This document shows positions 29,296 to 39,885 of a stretch of DNA of 64,000 nt, in pieces. The stretch lies in the IMG/VR virus record IMGVR_UViG_3300036944_001289, positions 124,001 through 188,000 of that record; one strand, written 5' to 3'. Under the pieces are notes generated by a model, which ran no database searches, had not been told where the DNA came from, and saw only the letters and a program-made list of their open reading frames with translations. Positions within the stretch are counted from its first letter, which is position 1; the number at the start of each line of letters is the position of its first letter. A program made the translations under genes and the position numbers.

Positions 29296-29320
29296 TAGCA
29301 GATAAATAATAATCTAATTT

Positions 29321-30292
29321 ATGTTATTCGAAGAGCAAATATCACGCAAACCTAACTTGTACCCTTGGACAAAGGAATTTATCAAAGCAATGCATAACGG
29401 TTTTTGGACAGAAGATGAATTCTCATTTAAATCTGATGTACAGCAATTTAAAGTAAATTTAACTAAACAAGAACAAGATATGATAATCAAAGTTCTATCC
29501 GCTATAGGGCAAATAGAGGTAGAAGTAAAAACATTCTGGGGAGAGCTTGGTAAGAATCTACCACACCCATCGATTAAAGATCTTGGGTTTGTTATGGCTA
29601 ACACCGAAGTTATTCATAATAACGCTTATGAAAAACTTTTAACACTTTTGGGACTAGAAGATATTTTCCAAGAAAATCTCAAGCTAGACTGGATTCAAGG
29701 TAGAGTTAAGTACCTAAAAAAGCACAATCATAGATTTTACAAAGACTCTAAAAAACAATACTTATACGCTATAATTCTATTCACATTATATGTTGAAAAC
29801 GTTTCATTATTTTCTCAGTTTTATATAGTCAACTGGTTTGCAAGATTTAAAAATCTCTTAAAAGATACTGATCAACAAGTCAAATATACACGTAACGAAG
29901 AAAATATACACGCACTAGTAGGTATTAAAATAATTAACACATTGAGAGAAGAATACCCGGAACTTTTTGATAATGAACTCGAAGAAAGAATACTAAGTGA
30001 AGCACGCGAATCTATTAAGGCTGAATCAATCATAATCGATTGGATGGTAGGTGATCTACGTGAAGAAAATGTATCACCAGATATTCTTAAAGAGTTTATT
30101 AAAAACAGAATGAATCAATCATTATTAAACATAGGTTTTAAGAGTATATTTGATATAGATCAAGATCTACTAAGCAAAACAACCTGGTTTGATGAAGAGT
30201 TACTTGGTAATAATATGACCGACTTTTTTCATACTCGACCTGTCGAATACAGCAAAAAAGGGCATTCATTCTCTGAATCTGATTTATTTTAA
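29321..30292 (+). CDS. nrdB: ribonucleotide reductase beta subunit
   Basis: FW...E, EVIHNNAY, ENVSLFSQF, NEENIH, TDFF. Confidence 0.95.
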   Translation: MLFEEQISRKPNLYPWTKEFIKAMHNGFWTEDEFSFKSDVQQFKVNLTKQEQDMIIKVLSAIGQIEVEVKTFWGELGKNLPHPSIKDLGFVMANTEVIHNNAYEKLLTLLGLEDIFQENLKLDWIQGRVKYLKKHNHRFYKDSKKQYLYAIILFTLYVENVSLFSQFYIVNWFARFKNLLKDTDQQVKYTRNEENIHALVGIKIINTLREEYPELFDNELEERILSEARESIKAESIIIDWMVGDLREENVSPDILKEFIKNRMNQSLLNIGFKSIFDIDQDLLSKTTWFDEELLGNNMTDFFHTRPVEYSKKGHSFSESDLF

Positions 30293-30295
30293 TTT

Positions 30296-31942
30296 ATGGA
30301 AACAATATATTGGTTAAACGAGGACTCTAGAACGTACTTGCAGCGGGGATATTTATTACCTGGAGAGACTGCAGAGAATCGTATTAGAGATATTGCGGTT
30401 TTTGCAGAAGGTATATTACAAATACAAGGATTTGCGAATAAATTTGAAGACTATTTAAAGAAAGGTTTTTATAGCTTATCAAGCCCTATTTGGAGTAATT
30501 TTGGCAGAAAACGTGGCCTACCTATATCATGTTTTGGTTCGTACATAAACGATGACATCAATGATATTCTATTTAAAATAGGTGAGGTTGGATCAATGTC
30601 TAAATCTGGTGGAGGTACTTCCGGTTATTTCGGTAAAGTTAGATCAAGAGGTTCTAAGATCTCTTCTGGAGGTGAATCAACTGGTGTACATCATCAGTTG
30701 ACTGTCTTCAACGCTATTACAAACTACATCTCACAAGGTAACGTGCGCAGAGGATCATTTGCTGCATATCTACCAATTGATCATGGAGACTTTGATGAGT
30801 TTATAAATATAAGATCTGACGGTGATTCTATTCAGGATCTATCAATAGGTGTTTGTATCACAAATGAGTGGATGGAGGATATGATTGCTGGCAACACCGA
30901 GAAACGTCAACGTTGGGGTAAGGTAATTAAGAAGAGATTCGAATCAGGTTACCCGTACATATTCTTTACAGATAATGCAAATGATCAAGCTCCTAAGGTT
31001 TATAAAGATAAAGGGTTAAAAATAACTCATTCTAACTTATGCTCTGAAATTATGCTTGCAAATGGTATTGATGAATCATTTGTATGTGACCTATCATCTC
31101 TTAATCTTGAAAAATGGGATGAGTGGAAAGATACAGATGCTGTAGAAGTGCTTACATTCTTTCTGGATGCCGTAATGACTGATTTTATTAATAAAACAGA
31201 AGGTGACCTATTTTTATCTCACGCACGTAAATTTGCTATCAATCAACGTGCACTAGGTATAGGTGTATTAGGTTGGCATACATATTTGCAATCTAAAATG
31301 ATTGCATTTGAGTCTGTTCAAGCGAAATCATTAAATGCACAAATCTGGAAAAATATAAGAACTAAAGCAGATAATGCATCGCAGAAATTGGCTGATTTAT
31401 TTGGAGAACCAGAACTACTTAAAGGTTATGGACGTAGAAATACTACTACACTTGCTATCGCACCTACAACGTCGAGTTCTTTTATTTTAGGTCAAGTATC
31501 ACCTTCTATAGAACCATTAAATTCAAATTACTTTGTAAAAGACTTAGCAAAAGGTAAATTTACGTTTAGGAATCCACAATTAGTAAAGCTATTAGAATCT
31601 AAAGATAAAAACAAAGAGGATATTTGGAGATCTATTCTCGTAAAAGGTGGTTCTGTACAGCATTTAGATTTCTTTACGGAAGATGAAAAGAATGTATTTA
31701 AAACATTTGGAGAGATATCTCAAAAAGAAATTATAATACAAGCTGCTACACGCCAAAAGTACATCGACCAAGGTCAATCCCTTAATATAATGATACCACC
31801 CGATACCAAACCTAAAGATGTAAGTGAACTAACGATCTTTGCGTGGAGAGAAGGTATTAAAGCGCTTTATTATCAAAGAAGTGCTAACCCAGCTCAGGAG
31901 CTGGCGAGAAACATATTAAATTGTCAGTCCTGCCAATCATAA
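30296..31942 (+). CDS. nrdA: ribonucleotide reductase alpha subunit (no ATP cone)
   Basis: PISCF, RRGSFAAY, SNLCSEI, CDLSS, IAPTTSSS, IDQGQSLN, LYY, C-terminal CQSC. Confidence 0.97.
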   Translation: METIYWLNEDSRTYLQRGYLLPGETAENRIRDIAVFAEGILQIQGFANKFEDYLKKGFYSLSSPIWSNFGRKRGLPISCFGSYINDDINDILFKIGEVGSMSKSGGGTSGYFGKVRSRGSKISSGGESTGVHHQLTVFNAITNYISQGNVRRGSFAAYLPIDHGDFDEFINIRSDGDSIQDLSIGVCITNEWMEDMIAGNTEKRQRWGKVIKKRFESGYPYIFFTDNANDQAPKVYKDKGLKITHSNLCSEIMLANGIDESFVCDLSSLNLEKWDEWKDTDAVEVLTFFLDAVMTDFINKTEGDLFLSHARKFAINQRALGIGVLGWHTYLQSKMIAFESVQAKSLNAQIWKNIRTKADNASQKLADLFGEPELLKGYGRRNTTTLAIAPTTSSSFILGQVSPSIEPLNSNYFVKDLAKGKFTFRNPQLVKLLESKDKNKEDIWRSILVKGGSVQHLDFFTEDEKNVFKTFGEISQKEIIIQAATRQKYIDQGQSLNIMIPPDTKPKDVSELTIFAWREGIKALYYQRSANPAQELARNILNCQSCQS

Positions 31943-31950
31943 CAATAATA

Positions 31951-31984
31951 AAAAAAAGATATCATTTAAATGATATCTTTTTTT
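31951..31984. terminator. perfect 34-bp palindrome, bidirectional terminator
   Basis: AAAAAAAGATATCATTT/AAATGATATCTTTTTTT between convergent genes. Confidence 0.75.
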
Positions 31985-31985
31985 A

Positions 31986-32345
31986 TTATTTTTTAGAAAT
32001 ATTATCTTTGATATATTCTATATCTTTTTGTATCAAACCTATATCTCTTTCCATATTTATGATTTTATTATCATAAATTATCTTACCATCTTCGGTAATG
32101 ATATTGCTCAATCTCTTTTCAATATTTTTTAGTACCGGTACTATGTCTCCCATCTGTCTCTCAAGATTATTAGTCTTAGATTCTACCACGACTATTCTAT
32201 TTGTTAACTCTTTAAACTCGTTTTGTTTAACGTAGTTACTGTTTAACCAAACAACACATGTTGCTATAAAAAAAGTACCTACAACTTTAACTATATTGAT
32301 TGTAGTAAACAACTCTGATAATGTAGAGTTACTTGATGACGGCAT
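31986..32345 (-). CDS. single-TM coiled-coil protein
   Basis: Hydrophobic helix at about aa 16-34, then heptads; TAAATA 6 nt upstream. Confidence 0.55.
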   Translation of the reverse strand: MPSSSNSTLSELFTTINIVKVVGTFFIATCVVWLNSNYVKQNEFKELTNRIVVVESKTNNLERQMGDIVPVLKNIEKRLSNIITEDGKIIYDNKIINMERDIGLIQKDIEYIKDNISKK

Positions 32346-32363
32346 ATAATCTATTTATTAGTT

Positions 32364-34649
32364 TCACTTACGTTCGTTGTGTATACCTTCAGATACTGAT
32401 CGTTGTGACCCATCGTTTAATTCTTTAGCAGCAACTCTTACAGCATCATTAGTTGCGAGTAATGTGAGAGGTAAGTTTGCAAATGCATGAGAATGCGGAT
32501 AACATTCAATTATATTAGTACCCGTACTGGTATATTCCAATGTTGCAGGACTTCCGTTTATTTTAACATTTACTACTGTACCTGTAACAAATTTACCAAA
32601 TAGTGTAACTTGTTCAGTCACCTGATATTCCTTAGGTGCTGTTATATGCTGTATGTAAGTTTCACCTTCTACGTGTAGACCTCCACCAATAATAACATTA
32701 TTATTAACACCGAGACTTTCGTTTATTAGTACTTGTCTTTGATTTTTATTTCTTAATCTTAGGATTTCAGCAGATATGTTAATTGTTTTTGCATCTATAT
32801 TAATTTCATTAGATGATGCAATATTTACTTGCTCGCCTACTATATTAGTAACAGTGCCTGTTATGTTAGTTTGTCCAAGAGATTTAATATTGATGCCGCC
32901 AGCACCTACTAAAACGTTCATTCTATTACATGCTGTTATCGTATAATTACCACCTGGTAAGTCTTGCACGTGTACCAACTCTACTAATGGACTCTCTTTT
33001 TTGTTTACATATACACCAAAATCATCAACAAGTACTTCATTGCTTAACATTTTACCGATACCATCGTATCGTATACTACCGAAATCATTAAACGTTAAAC
33101 CTATAGTTTCAATTTTATGCTTGGCAATTTGCGATATCTCACTACCACCAACACCAAGTTGTTTTTCTATTTCTGTTAGCTGTTGTATATTAAGTTCTAT
33201 TAACTGGTTTAAAATATCTTTTTGATCTTCTACATCCCAATTACCACCTTGTGAAGATGTGCTCTTACCTACACCACCAGGTCCCCATTCAGTGTTAGAT
33301 TCAGCAAGATATCTTGAAGTAGGTGGTAATGATCTATCAACAGTAGAACCTAAATTATTATTAATATTATAAGCACCGTCAGATGATGCATTTGTTGTTG
33401 TGTTATATGTGTCAAATGATTGACTACCTGTAATAGTATCATACGTTACTGATCCATCTGTTACTGGATGTGCAGCAAAAGCACCTGATCTTGTTTGCAG
33501 TAAACTATTACGTTTTAGTCTTATATTACCGTCTGCATCTAAAACGTTATTATTATCCGTACGCTTAATTTCAAATAGTTGCTTATTTTCATGTATTATA
33601 GCATAAGTTAGTTTCCACTGATCAAATAGTTCACTATTTAATAACCCGACTTTTTTATACTTATCACGCATTACTATTTCATCTAAGCTCTTACCGGTAT
33701 ATACATTATTAAAACCTCTTACCGTTTCATACTGATCATTTAGTACTAGCTTTTGGCTATTCTTTGTAGCGAGCTCTATATTAGATTGATTATTAAATTC
33801 TTTAAACGACCCTGAAAAATGCGTAAACTTTAACTTCTCATTTAAGTCTGTATTAACAACCTCTATAGTACCACCTTTTTGATTTATAACAAATTTATTT
33901 CTGTACGTATCTACATTATTATTATATTCGGTTTGTATCTTATTTTCGAAACTACCAGGGTAATCTATACCACCATTTTCAGAATTAAAAATTCCCTGCC
34001 AATCTATATTACCGTATGTTGTGGCAAAATAAATAGGTGCTGTAGGGTTACCATCTCTGAAAAATACCCATACATGTGAACCTACACTTGGTATAGCGAA
34101 AGAGCCTTTTGCTTTATTAGAATATGATGAAGGTAAATACTCGTAAGATAAAGGATTAGGTCTATTAATATTATTTGAAGCAGAATCAAACGCGTCTTGA
34201 AGTCTATATGTTTGATCTTCGTAGAAAGCAGCAGGTTTCCCAGGTATATCTTTTGAGTCAATATCTGGCGATAGCTGATCTGCAAAATTAGAGTCCGAAG
34301 TAGTACCTACTTGCCTTGTATTATTATACCTACCACTAGTGTTCTCACCTACTAATGGGCATGCACATTCTGCCCAAGGTAATATACGTTTTAATTCTTC
34401 AGCAACGTTTATGATTGTAGAACTAGTCGAAGATTCACCACCTGTCTCTGTTTGTTGCTTTAATATCTGTGTTAGTACAGATTGTATATTATCACCTAAA
34501 AACTTAAATGATTTATTAGTTTTCTGTTGTATCCATCTTTCGTACACAGTAGGTGAAATATAAGGTATGAATACCTTAACTTTACCTGATTTGTCTGGAT
34601 CGTTATTTTGTATAACTATACCTACATGATTGCCGTAATATTTTTTCAT
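32364..34649 (-). CDS. gp5/VgrG-like baseplate hub-spike protein
   Basis: YYG..VGIVIQNNDPDKSGKVKV, PWA, PSVGSHVWVFF.DG.P..PIYF OB-fold; C-terminal beta-helix-like repeats and an HSH motif. Confidence 0.8.
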   Translation of the reverse strand: MKKYYGNHVGIVIQNNDPDKSGKVKVFIPYISPTVYERWIQQKTNKSFKFLGDNIQSVLTQILKQQTETGGESSTSSTIINVAEELKRILPWAECACPLVGENTSGRYNNTRQVGTTSDSNFADQLSPDIDSKDIPGKPAAFYEDQTYRLQDAFDSASNNINRPNPLSYEYLPSSYSNKAKGSFAIPSVGSHVWVFFRDGNPTAPIYFATTYGNIDWQGIFNSENGGIDYPGSFENKIQTEYNNNVDTYRNKFVINQKGGTIEVVNTDLNEKLKFTHFSGSFKEFNNQSNIELATKNSQKLVLNDQYETVRGFNNVYTGKSLDEIVMRDKYKKVGLLNSELFDQWKLTYAIIHENKQLFEIKRTDNNNVLDADGNIRLKRNSLLQTRSGAFAAHPVTDGSVTYDTITGSQSFDTYNTTTNASSDGAYNINNNLGSTVDRSLPPTSRYLAESNTEWGPGGVGKSTSSQGGNWDVEDQKDILNQLIELNIQQLTEIEKQLGVGGSEISQIAKHKIETIGLTFNDFGSIRYDGIGKMLSNEVLVDDFGVYVNKKESPLVELVHVQDLPGGNYTITACNRMNVLVGAGGINIKSLGQTNITGTVTNIVGEQVNIASSNEINIDAKTINISAEILRLRNKNQRQVLINESLGVNNNVIIGGGLHVEGETYIQHITAPKEYQVTEQVTLFGKFVTGTVVNVKINGSPATLEYTSTGTNIIECYPHSHAFANLPLTLLATNDAVRVAAKELNDGSQRSVSEGIHNERK

Positions 34650-35728
34650 ACCAATGAACCTTTAATTGTTTTAATTACTAATTTTTTTGGAGGTGTTTTA
34701 GCTTCACCTTCTTGTATTAAAGTAAGTCTTTCTCGTAGTGTTTTATTAATATTCTGTATATATGTTTCTGATGACATCGTACCGTTAGTTTTTTGAACTG
34801 CAAATTTAACTATCATACACTGTTTATTGTTTACATCGAGATTAAATTTTGTATTATCTAGATCTAATTCATTCTGAGTATATAATTTATCTAAACCGTT
34901 AACGTTTTCAACTAACGTGCTATACGTTCTCTTTATGATATTACCTGCAGTAATCTTATCGTCATCAATATATGGTTTAGCATTAGTAAATAAGAAAACC
35001 AAACCTGCTTGTATGTCCTTAAGCAACAGAGTACTTTCGTTATAAAGATTATCTGTATCTTTTTCAAATTTTTCGTCTTGAGGTGCTGATACAGTTTGCA
35101 AAGCGCTTAGAGATGTTGTTTGTGTATTTACTATTTGTTTATTACTTTGTGAATCAGAAGCTTTTGTTGTACCTTTACTTATAGTATCGCTTGTTATCTC
35201 TTGCGTTTTCTTATCTTTATATTCAGTATTTTCTGATACTTTTTTAATTTCACTGTTTGTTAAATTTTTAGTACTAGAAACGCTAGTAGACATAACTGAA
35301 GATTTTATAGCTGTAGTTTCTTGAGTCGATTGTAACGCTTCTGCAGTTGTTTCATCTTCGCAATCAAAAGCTGATTTCATATTTTGATACTGTTTGGATA
35401 TCTCATTTTTTGCAGATATAATACCATTTGCAATGCTTGTTTTGATTCCCTTTAAATCTTCAGGTATACCTGCTTTTAAATCAGTACCTAATCCCGATAC
35501 TAAACCACCTAGATTAGAGAGTTTACCTGTAGCATCATTTGCAAAATTACCTATTTGGTTTCCTACCTGCCTTGTAAGATCTCCAGCCATGTCACCAAAA
35601 CCTTCAGCAATTTTTTTTGCCTTTAATTTTGGTGATAAGCCTTCTAAGCTACTTGGTGTTAATTTCTTAAACTGTTCGTTTATGTTAGATAAGCCTGGTA
35701 AGTTGGATAACTTATTTTTACATGACAT
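34646..35728 (-). CDS. late hypothetical protein, probably baseplate-associated
   Basis: Coupled to the gp5-like gene; TAAATA 5 nt upstream. Confidence 0.55.
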   Translation of the reverse strand: MSCKNKLSNLPGLSNINEQFKKLTPSSLEGLSPKLKAKKIAEGFGDMAGDLTRQVGNQIGNFANDATGKLSNLGGLVSGLGTDLKAGIPEDLKGIKTSIANGIISAKNEISKQYQNMKSAFDCEDETTAEALQSTQETTAIKSSVMSTSVSSTKNLTNSEIKKVSENTEYKDKKTQEITSDTISKGTTKASDSQSNKQIVNTQTTSLSALQTVSAPQDEKFEKDTDNLYNESTLLLKDIQAGLVFLFTNAKPYIDDDKITAGNIIKRTYSTLVENVNGLDKLYTQNELDLDNTKFNLDVNNKQCMIVKFAVQKTNGTMSSETYIQNINKTLRERLTLIQEGEAKTPPKKLVIKTIKGSLV

Positions 35729-35781
35729 ATCAATATTTAAAGAAAATATTGATTTTTCAAATTTACATATATAATGAAACT

Positions 35782-36585
35782 ATGAATCATAAGATTTTAA
35801 TTTCACATGAATCACCTATATCAATACTGACCGACTCCCTTCAGTTTAACGATTATGATTACTGTCTAGTACATCTTTTAGAACAGAAACCTGAATATGC
35901 TGAGTTTTTTAAAAGGAGTAAAGCACTCAATCGTGAAATCCTACTAGATAATAGTATATTTGAATTAGGTACATCGTTCGAACCTTCTAAATTTGCTAAG
36001 TATGTAGAATCACTACAACCTAATTGGTATATAGTACCAGATGTTTTAGAAGATGGTTATGCTACGATAGAATCGTTCAATAAGTTTACGTCTACATACA
36101 AAGATCTACCTGGATTAAAAATAGGTGCAGTACAAGGTAAATGTTATGATGAATTAGTTGACTGTTATAAGTATATGTCGCAAAATGCTGACTATATTGC
36201 TATAAGTTTTGATTTTAGCTACTATATCGGTACAGGTATTGGTTTATCAAAATTAGATAGATGGTGTGATGGTAGAAAGCGATTTATTAAATCTTTGATA
36301 AATGATGGTGTATGGGATTGGAATAAACCACACCATTTACTAGGTTGTTCTTTAGCAAAAGAGTTTAGCTATTACGTGAATAATAACATCTATAATATTA
36401 GATCGATTGATACATCAAACCCTGTTGTAGCTGGTATCAAAGGCATGAGATATAATGGAGATTTAGGGTTAAATGATAAACCTTCGATTAAACTTGCTGA
36501 CTTAATTGACCACGAAGTAACAACTGATGAATTGGAAATTATTAATTATAATACACGTCAATTTAAAAACATATTAAAAAGATGA
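35782..36585 (+). CDS. TGT-fold DpdA-like deazaguanine DNA transglycosylase
   Basis: Start at 35782; LDNSIFE, VPDV, AVQG, HHLLGC, SIDTSNP match TGT catalytic-barrel motifs; no Zn-binding CxCxxC; operon with queF. Confidence 0.7.
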   Translation: MNHKILISHESPISILTDSLQFNDYDYCLVHLLEQKPEYAEFFKRSKALNREILLDNSIFELGTSFEPSKFAKYVESLQPNWYIVPDVLEDGYATIESFNKFTSTYKDLPGLKIGAVQGKCYDELVDCYKYMSQNADYIAISFDFSYYIGTGIGLSKLDRWCDGRKRFIKSLINDGVWDWNKPHHLLGCSLAKEFSYYVNNNIYNIRSIDTSNPVVAGIKGMRYNGDLGLNDKPSIKLADLIDHEVTTDELEIINYNTRQFKNILKR

Positions 36586-37151
36586 TAATAACATTTACAG
36601 GTACACAATCAGTAGGTAAAAGTACTTTGCTTTCAGCTCTTCAAAAAGATGAAAGATATAAAGACTGGATGTTTGAACCGGAAATAACGCGTAGTCTAAA
36701 AGAGAAGTTTGGACTGAATATAAATGAATCAGGTGATTCAATAACGCAGTTATTCGTTCTAAATTCGCATTTAGAAAATGTAGTAAAACATAAGAACAAT
36801 AATGTTATTTTAGATAGATGTATAGTTGATGGGCTTGTATATACAACATATCAGTATATGACAGGTAAGATTCATACAGATGTATTTTTGCATGCAAAGT
36901 ATATGTTCGATCTTATTATAGATAAATATGATATAATATTTCATATTGAGCCTGAATTTCCTGTTGTTGATGATGGTGTAAGAAGTATAGATGAAAAGTT
37001 TAGAACAACTATAGCTTCATTGATAAACGAAGCCTTACAATCTAATAGTGTAGTTAGAACTAAGATAGTAAAGTTAACAGGTACTGTAGAAGAAAGATTG
37101 AAACAAATAGATATAGCTATTGAAAACTTAAAAGCACAAAATATAATATAA
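36582..37151 (+). CDS. P-loop nucleotide kinase/ATPase (AAA_28-like), copy 2
   Basis: FTGTQSVGKST, DRCIVDG, YDIIF, DDGVR. Confidence 0.8.
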   Translation: MIITFTGTQSVGKSTLLSALQKDERYKDWMFEPEITRSLKEKFGLNINESGDSITQLFVLNSHLENVVKHKNNNVILDRCIVDGLVYTTYQYMTGKIHTDVFLHAKYMFDLIIDKYDIIFHIEPEFPVVDDGVRSIDEKFRTTIASLINEALQSNSVVRTKIVKLTGTVEERLKQIDIAIENLKAQNII

Positions 37152-37153
37152 AC

Positions 37154-38074
37154 ATGGCACTTAAAAAACTCGACAATAAAAACATAAGCAAGCACCTTGG
37201 TAAGGTATCACAATACAAATCAACATATGATGCTTCTCTCTTGGTAAGAGAGCCAAGATCATCTAATAGAGTACATCTTAATATTAAAGATGATAACTTA
37301 CCCTTTGTAGGTTATGATACTTGGAATGCATATGAAGTTAGTGCATTAACAGATAGTGGTTTACCTGTTGCAGGTGTAGCTAAAATTGTTTACCCTGCTT
37401 CAAGCAAATATATCGTAGAATCAAAGTCTATTAAACTTTACTTTAATTCTTTTAATATGACTAAACTAGGGTTTCATAGCGATGCAGTTCTTGATAAAAT
37501 AGCAATTACTGCTTCAGAAGATCTCTCAAAACTACTCGAAACAGATGTACAAGTTTACGTACATTCGAATGCTGAAGTACTACGTCAACAAAGCACTGCA
37601 TATACCGAATGGAATCACAAAAAATACTCAACAATAGAGGATGAGTATAATGTTAATGATGTAACCTTTGAAATCTATAAGGAAACACCAGAACTACTAC
37701 AAGTAGTAGATAGTGTTAACGATACAGTTCACTATCATAGTGCTCTACTTAAGAGTAATTGTAGAGTAACATCACAACCAGACTGGGGTGATGTATATAT
37801 AACCATCACAAAAAAAGATAAAACTATTGACCCTATCTCTTTACTAAAGTATATAATATCATTTAGAGATGAGTGCCACTTTCATGAAGAGATATGTGAG
37901 ACAATTTATAAACGCATATATGATAAGCTAACACCTGATGAACTTACGGTAAGATGTTTGTATGCACGTAGGGGTGGTATTGATATAAACCCTGAGCGTG
38001 CAAATAAAGAGGTATTATTAAGTACTAATCTACAACTTAATTGTATACCACATATTAAAACACCTAAGCAATAA
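37154..38074 (+). CDS. queF: NADPH-dependent preQ0 reductase (bimodular QueF)
   Basis: WNAYEVS, IVESKSIKLYFNSF, LKSNCRVTSQPDWG (catalytic Cys), FHEEICE, YARRGGIDINP. Confidence 0.95.
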   Translation: MALKKLDNKNISKHLGKVSQYKSTYDASLLVREPRSSNRVHLNIKDDNLPFVGYDTWNAYEVSALTDSGLPVAGVAKIVYPASSKYIVESKSIKLYFNSFNMTKLGFHSDAVLDKIAITASEDLSKLLETDVQVYVHSNAEVLRQQSTAYTEWNHKKYSTIEDEYNVNDVTFEIYKETPELLQVVDSVNDTVHYHSALLKSNCRVTSQPDWGDVYITITKKDKTIDPISLLKYIISFRDECHFHEEICETIYKRIYDKLTPDELTVRCLYARRGGIDINPERANKEVLLSTNLQLNCIPHIKTPKQ

Positions 38075-38101
38075 TAACTAAATCAGTTAATAAATAATAT
38101 T

Positions 38102-38689
38102 ATGGCAGATACAAAATTAACAGAGTTAGACGCACTTTCATCAGTGCAAAGTACCGACTTACTGTACGTTGTTAGTCTACAAACTTTACCTTCAGGTGAA
38201 TCCAAGAAAATCACTGTCAATGATTTTCTTGGCAATCTTAGTGATTCTATAGAGACGAGTAGCACGATTACAGCAGCTTCTATATTAGCTAATACGGTAG
38301 CTGGTACTAACGTAAATGCAGTAGCATTTACGAGTAATACAATAAATACGTCTTACATAAATGCAACTTCTGGTAATTTTGATAGTATTACCTCAGGCTT
38401 CTTTCCATTAACGGCAGTTACATCTATAACTGCTGATAATACATATGATAACAGTAGAGTATATAATTTAAATACAAATTCTACTAATTTAAGTGTTATA
38501 CTACCATCAGAACTTTCTAACGGTTTTAATATGGGTATAACAAATATAGGTACAGGTACTATATACATATCATCAACACAAGTGCCAATGATTTGTGCAT
38601 TCTCCAATAGATGCTCCACACAATTCGGTAGCTTATTTATATATAAATCAAATAATATTCTTTTTGGTATAGGTGGCTTCGATCTATGA
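38102..38689 (+). CDS. fibre/appendage-like structural protein
   Basis: KLTEL...DLLYVV N-module, S/T-rich, beta-rich C-terminus. Confidence 0.55.
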   Translation: MADTKLTELDALSSVQSTDLLYVVSLQTLPSGESKKITVNDFLGNLSDSIETSSTITAASILANTVAGTNVNAVAFTSNTINTSYINATSGNFDSITSGFFPLTAVTSITADNTYDNSRVYNLNTNSTNLSVILPSELSNGFNMGITNIGTGTIYISSTQVPMICAFSNRCSTQFGSLFIYKSNNILFGIGGFDL

Positions 38690-39489
38690 TACTTAAAGAT
38701 TTCATGATATTATGTTGCGCACAAACGTATGATTATGATGCGCTAAAATATATAAAAAGTGTTGAACAAGCAGATGGTCAACCACTGGAAACTATTGTAA
38801 AAGATGCAATACGAACTTTTATCTTTAATTGTAAACGCGATAACACTTGGCAATACATTAACAATTCATGTTTATTGTGTGGCCCACACACTATTCAAGG
38901 TGCTTTAGTACCACTAAAAGGTGCTGCACCTATAAGTTATAATTTTACCTCATCTAATTATGATAGAAAAACTGGATTAGAATCACCATCAACTTCTGTA
39001 AATGCTTATATCGATACAGGATTCGATTCAAAAAGCGTTGGATTAGATGATATACATATAGCAACATATGCTTCATCAATACCTTTCGGATCTTTTGGTA
39101 ATATAATGGGAGATATTACAGATTCAAATTCTAGAATGACATTATTTAGATCTACATTAGGTTTAGGTAGTTATTGCAGAGCTACCAACCCTGATGGATA
39201 TTTTTCTACTGGTTTTGATTACACTAATAATCTGCTGGGTATTACAAGAGCATCATCCACTACATTTAATATGAGAGCTACAAGCACCAATAATTCTTTT
39301 ACGCGTGGATCGAGAGCAACAACTACAGCAAGTAATATTTACGTATATACAAGAAATCTAGGCGGTGCTTCTAATACACCTATAGGTATGACAAGACTAC
39401 AATTTTATTCATGCGGTAGAAACGTAGATCTTCAAAAGATTGAAAATAGAATATCTCAATACGTATCAGCAGTTTCGTTATTACCATGA
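38686..39489 (+). CDS. beta-sandwich structural protein (receptor-binding-like)
   Basis: YIKSVEQADG...ALVPLKG, YIDTGF; T/S/G-rich. Confidence 0.5.
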   Translation: MILKDFMILCCAQTYDYDALKYIKSVEQADGQPLETIVKDAIRTFIFNCKRDNTWQYINNSCLLCGPHTIQGALVPLKGAAPISYNFTSSNYDRKTGLESPSTSVNAYIDTGFDSKSVGLDDIHIATYASSIPFGSFGNIMGDITDSNSRMTLFRSTLGLGSYCRATNPDGYFSTGFDYTNNLLGITRASSTTFNMRATSTNNSFTRGSRATTTASNIYVYTRNLGGASNTPIGMTRLQFYSCGRNVDLQKIENRISQYVSAVSLLP

Positions 39490-39740
39490 CAACATATATC
39501 GACATAATGACAGCTACAGATTTAGAAAACTTTCGTTTTTTAATTTCTGATGAGTTAGGAAACGAAATTAATTTAGCACAACAAGGAAGTAATATGAAGA
39601 TTTCTCTCCATGAAATATCACCAGGTATACAATCTTTTACTTGTTATATTGTAAATGAAATAACAGAAACAGGTATATATAATCATTTATATAGCGTACT
39701 AAAAAATAAACTTTCAAGTATAGAAGTAGAACCTGTATAA
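39486..39740 (+). CDS. small hypothetical protein
   Basis: 84 aa, ATGA-coupled. Confidence 0.5.
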   Translation: MTTYIDIMTATDLENFRFLISDELGNEINLAQQGSNMKISLHEISPGIQSFTCYIVNEITETGIYNHLYSVLKNKLSSIEVEPV

Positions 39741-39763
39741 CTATTAAATCTAACCATTAGTTT

Positions 39764-39795
39764 AAAAAAGCAGCTTTTTATAGCTGCTTTTTTTT
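39764..39795 (+). terminator. intrinsic terminator
   Basis: AAAAAAGCAGCT-loop-AGCTGCTTTTTT. Confidence 0.75.
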
Positions 39796-39820
39796 TATGT
39801 CTGTATTACAAATATAGACA

Positions 39821-39850
39821 TAAAAAAGAGCTGCTCTTTCGAGCAGCTCT
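39821..39850 (-). terminator. gp23 terminator
   Basis: AGAGCTGCTC-GAAA-GAGCAGCTCT plus U-run on the minus strand. Confidence 0.85.
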
Positions 39851-39885
39851 GAAGTTGTTTATGATTCGTTGTACTAGCGTTAAGC

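Noticed and set aside
29321-31942. Introns or inteins in nrdA/nrdB
   Set aside because: Both frames are continuous, of normal or short length, with all motifs in order
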